DNA of 49,706 nucleotides from Acutalibacteraceae bacterium. GTDB taxonomy: Bacteria; Bacillota; Clostridia; Oscillospirales; Acutalibacteraceae. How positions within the stretch are numbered: position 1 is the stretch's first letter; each line of letters begins with the position of its first letter. This document shows positions 47,396 to 49,706 of the stretch, piece after piece. The notes below the pieces were generated by a model, which saw nothing but the letters and a program-made list of their open reading frames with translations, was not told the origin of the DNA and did no database searches. The stretch covers positions 1 through 49,706 of the forward strand of contig JAZSGU010000166.1 of the NCBI GenBank assembly GCA_045532895.1, given 5' to 3'. Position numbers and translations under genes: made by a program.

Positions 47396-48706
47396 CTATA
47401 TGAATTCTGCCAAAAGCCAGGCACCGGGCTGTGATTCAAAAAGATATGTGCCGTTCTCAAACTTAATTTCCTTTGTGCCTTCAAGAATATTCAACTTTTG
47501 TCCGTTTTTCAGTATGACAGCAACTTTTCGTGTGCCTTCCGGCAAAATGTATTCGCCCTTTTCAACACTTCGTTCAATACCGCTGTTGTTAAACATAACA
47601 AGCAGCCAGCCGTCTGCTGTTTTATTCACAAACCAATGCACACTGCCGATTACTTCACAAGGAAGCAGATTTTTCAGTATTTCGGGTGCTTCTTCAACCG
47701 ATACACAGCGGTGATTCCTGCAAAAATTCGGGTTGCCCGTTAAATCGACAAAGAATTTGTAATCACCATAAAGGTGGATATAATCCTCGTGAATAACATC
47801 GATGCAGTCGGGAATATCACTGTTGATTATGTTTGTCGTTTCACAGCCGACCATATCTGACGGATTTGAAAGCAGGGATTTTAGAGCCTTGCGTATACTG
47901 CGCATTTTTTCTGCAGTGTCGCCTGAAAGCGGATATCCGAAAACAGTCTGATTATCACCGTTATCAAGCCCTGCTATTCCGAATAAGTTTTTCGGCAGAA
48001 CAATCGCAACGGGTGTGTAGGGTGTGCCGATTTTCTCTTTCGGATATTTTTTGACAATATTGAGGAAATCAAGCTTGATTTTTCCGTAAGGTGTCAGTTC
48101 AAAATTATTCCAATCGTAAAAGGTGTTGCACATTCCCCATTCTTCGCTTATGAAATCCGCGCCTGCAAAATATCCGTAAAGCTGTATACGCTTTTGGAGC
48201 GAACGAGAGCTTCCGCCGTTGCAGCCTTTTGTTTCATAGGCAAGGTCGCCGAGACCTTTGATTCCCCATTCGTTTTCATTCTCTTTGTGATAACAGCAGG
48301 TGCTGAAAGGCTTTCCGCCCCACGGCTCATAATAAATCCCGAACGATGCGTTTTTGGTTCTTGCCATACCTCTCGCATAAGCAATCTGTATGCGTGTATC
48401 GGGTGTCTGCGCTCCGATTTCGGGCATAAAATGATTTACTCCGCAGTTTATCTCCGTCTGATATGCCAATCCATAACTATCACAAGGAATAAGCTGACCT
48501 GAGCAGAGCTTATATCTGTTTTTGAAAAGCGTTTGTGCAAGCTTTATGAATTCATCGGCTGTTTGCGGATTACCGCACAGAGAGTATTCTTTTGCACTCT
48601 GTGCCTCAAGCCACAGATAATTCATCGGGTATTTGCTCATAACGGAATTTGTAATGTTTTCTTCCGTCCAGGGCAAGTCGCCGATACATTCGCCGATTCT
48701 CCGCAA
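47396..48706 (-). pseudogene. Hypothetical protein, probably 5'-truncated (possible glycoside-hydrolase-like)
   Basis: 436-codon ORF with FGIYYEPWG, SEEWG; TTG start lacks an SD, with an in-frame TAA four codons upstream and a promoter-like TGATATAAT about 20 nt upstream. Confidence 0.5.
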
Positions 48707-48978
48707 ATTCTGATTTGTTTAGATTATTATATCACATAGAAATATTAATTTCCACCATAAAAAAGGGTATCGGTGAAACGATATCTTATAATATTAACGC
48801 TCAGTTTAAAACTCGGAATTTATATGCATTTTATAAATCTTGTCTCGGGATAATAGTGTCGGGCAGAAGAAACTTTTCTCCGGTTTTATTTTTTGAGGGT
48901 GAGTTAATTTATTATTGATAAGAATAGAAATATGTGTTATATTTATTTATAAATTCACAGCCTAAAAGGGGTGTTGTC

Positions 48979-49706
48979 ATGTCGCTGCTTAACAAAATAA
49001 TCAGTTTTATAACAGCTTTGATAATTGCGATTTTTCCGTCATTTGGTGAAAATCCCAAAGTTCCCGAATATTTTGAGGATGACCCTCAATATGTTGTTTT
49101 TATGGTAACAAACATACATTACATGAACCTTGAACCATATGTGAAGCAGATGGTTGAACTTCACGGTGAAATTGACCCCGATTCAAAGCGTATGTACGCT
49201 TTCGGCGTTATTGGTCCTATGTGTCTGACTCAATCTGTTGAGCAGATGAACGAAGAAGTAAACCATGTTTTTTTGCTTGCGGAAAAGTATAATGTTCCTG
49301 TTTATTTTCAGATGGATGACTGCACGAATTATTCAACCGCTTTCGGTGACGGTGCTGTAACCGACGAAAACGGCAGTGAATTTTATAACGACCCCGAGAT
49401 GTGCGAATGGATTGCATTCCCGGAGGAAGATGAAGAATGGGGCGGTCAGTCATACGGTATGTTGCCGAGATGGCATTGCGACTGGAGCGGTGTTCCGTTT
49501 GCAACAGCAGGCGGTTTTCCGTGCTTCAATTCCGAAAAGTATCTGAATTGGTACTCAAATCAGGTCACAAAGGGATTTATCGAGCCGCTTATCAAAAACT
49601 ATACAAGGCTTAAGTCTCAGGGCAAGGCATATCTTTTTGCGGGCATAAACACTGGCTGGGAAACACAGATTCCCGATTACAGCGGCAGTGATTATGCTTC
49701 GATGGA
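48979..49706 (+). CDS. Secreted or anchored hypothetical protein, 3'-partial (possible TIM-barrel glycoside hydrolase)
   Basis: Not in ORF track (no stop in window); SD AAGGGG; MSLLNKIISFITALIIAIF...LAEKYNVPVYFQMDD...PCFNS...FAGINTGWE, open for 242 codons. Confidence 0.8.
   Translation, partial: MSLLNKIISFITALIIAIFPSFGENPKVPEYFEDDPQYVVFMVTNIHYMNLEPYVKQMVELHGEIDPDSKRMYAFGVIGPMCLTQSVEQMNEEVNHVFLLAEKYNVPVYFQMDDCTNYSTAFGDGAVTDENGSEFYNDPEMCEWIAFPEEDEEWGGQSYGMLPRWHCDWSGVPFATAGGFPCFNSEKYLNWYSNQVTKGFIEPLIKNYTRLKSQGKAYLFAGINTGWETQIPDYSGSDYASM

Noticed and set aside
1-49706. CRISPR array, intact tRNA/rRNA, transposase, integrase, reverse transcriptase or phage genes
   Set aside because: No regularly spaced repeats or diagnostic motifs found by reading; short or degenerate elements could have been missed

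Overview
Chromosomal window from a spore-forming Clostridia bacterium; gene style suggests an Oscillospirales-type gut anaerobe (inference). Left part (1-22.7 kb): cmk-plsC-ispH/rpsA fusion, an EamA transporter, S8 protease, GH13 glucosidase, PrsA-like foldase, RluA-family synthase, radC, a GH5 endoglycoceramidase-like/Fe-ADH/lipase trio, a cobalamin-riboswitch-controlled DUF4430 lipoprotein plus ECF S component, an uncalled 43-aa ORF with its own promoter and structured 3' region, and sporulation genes (ylmC, yhfW-like, amidase, sigE, spoIIGA). Middle (22.7-36.5 kb): a divergent cluster of GH78, phosphoesterases and a beta-helix protein, then a spirochaete/Bacteroidota-type V-ATPase operon (E-DUF2764-A-B-D-I-K) with a Na+-type rotor motif. 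Right (36.6 kb-end): a possible tRNA-Leu att scar, several pseudogenes, AraC, an uncharacterised MFS/TIM-barrel/dehydrogenase/lyase-like module, and secreted putative glycan-active proteins. No rRNA, intact tRNA, CRISPR array, transposase or integrase was seen. Best leads: the 43-aa gene unit, a nested promoter and start that could make free S1 from the ispH-rpsA fusion, the apparently acquired Na+ V-ATPase, the 40-45.5 kb catabolic module, and a C-terminal amphipathic sorting-like motif. All family calls come from motif recognition by eye, not database searches.
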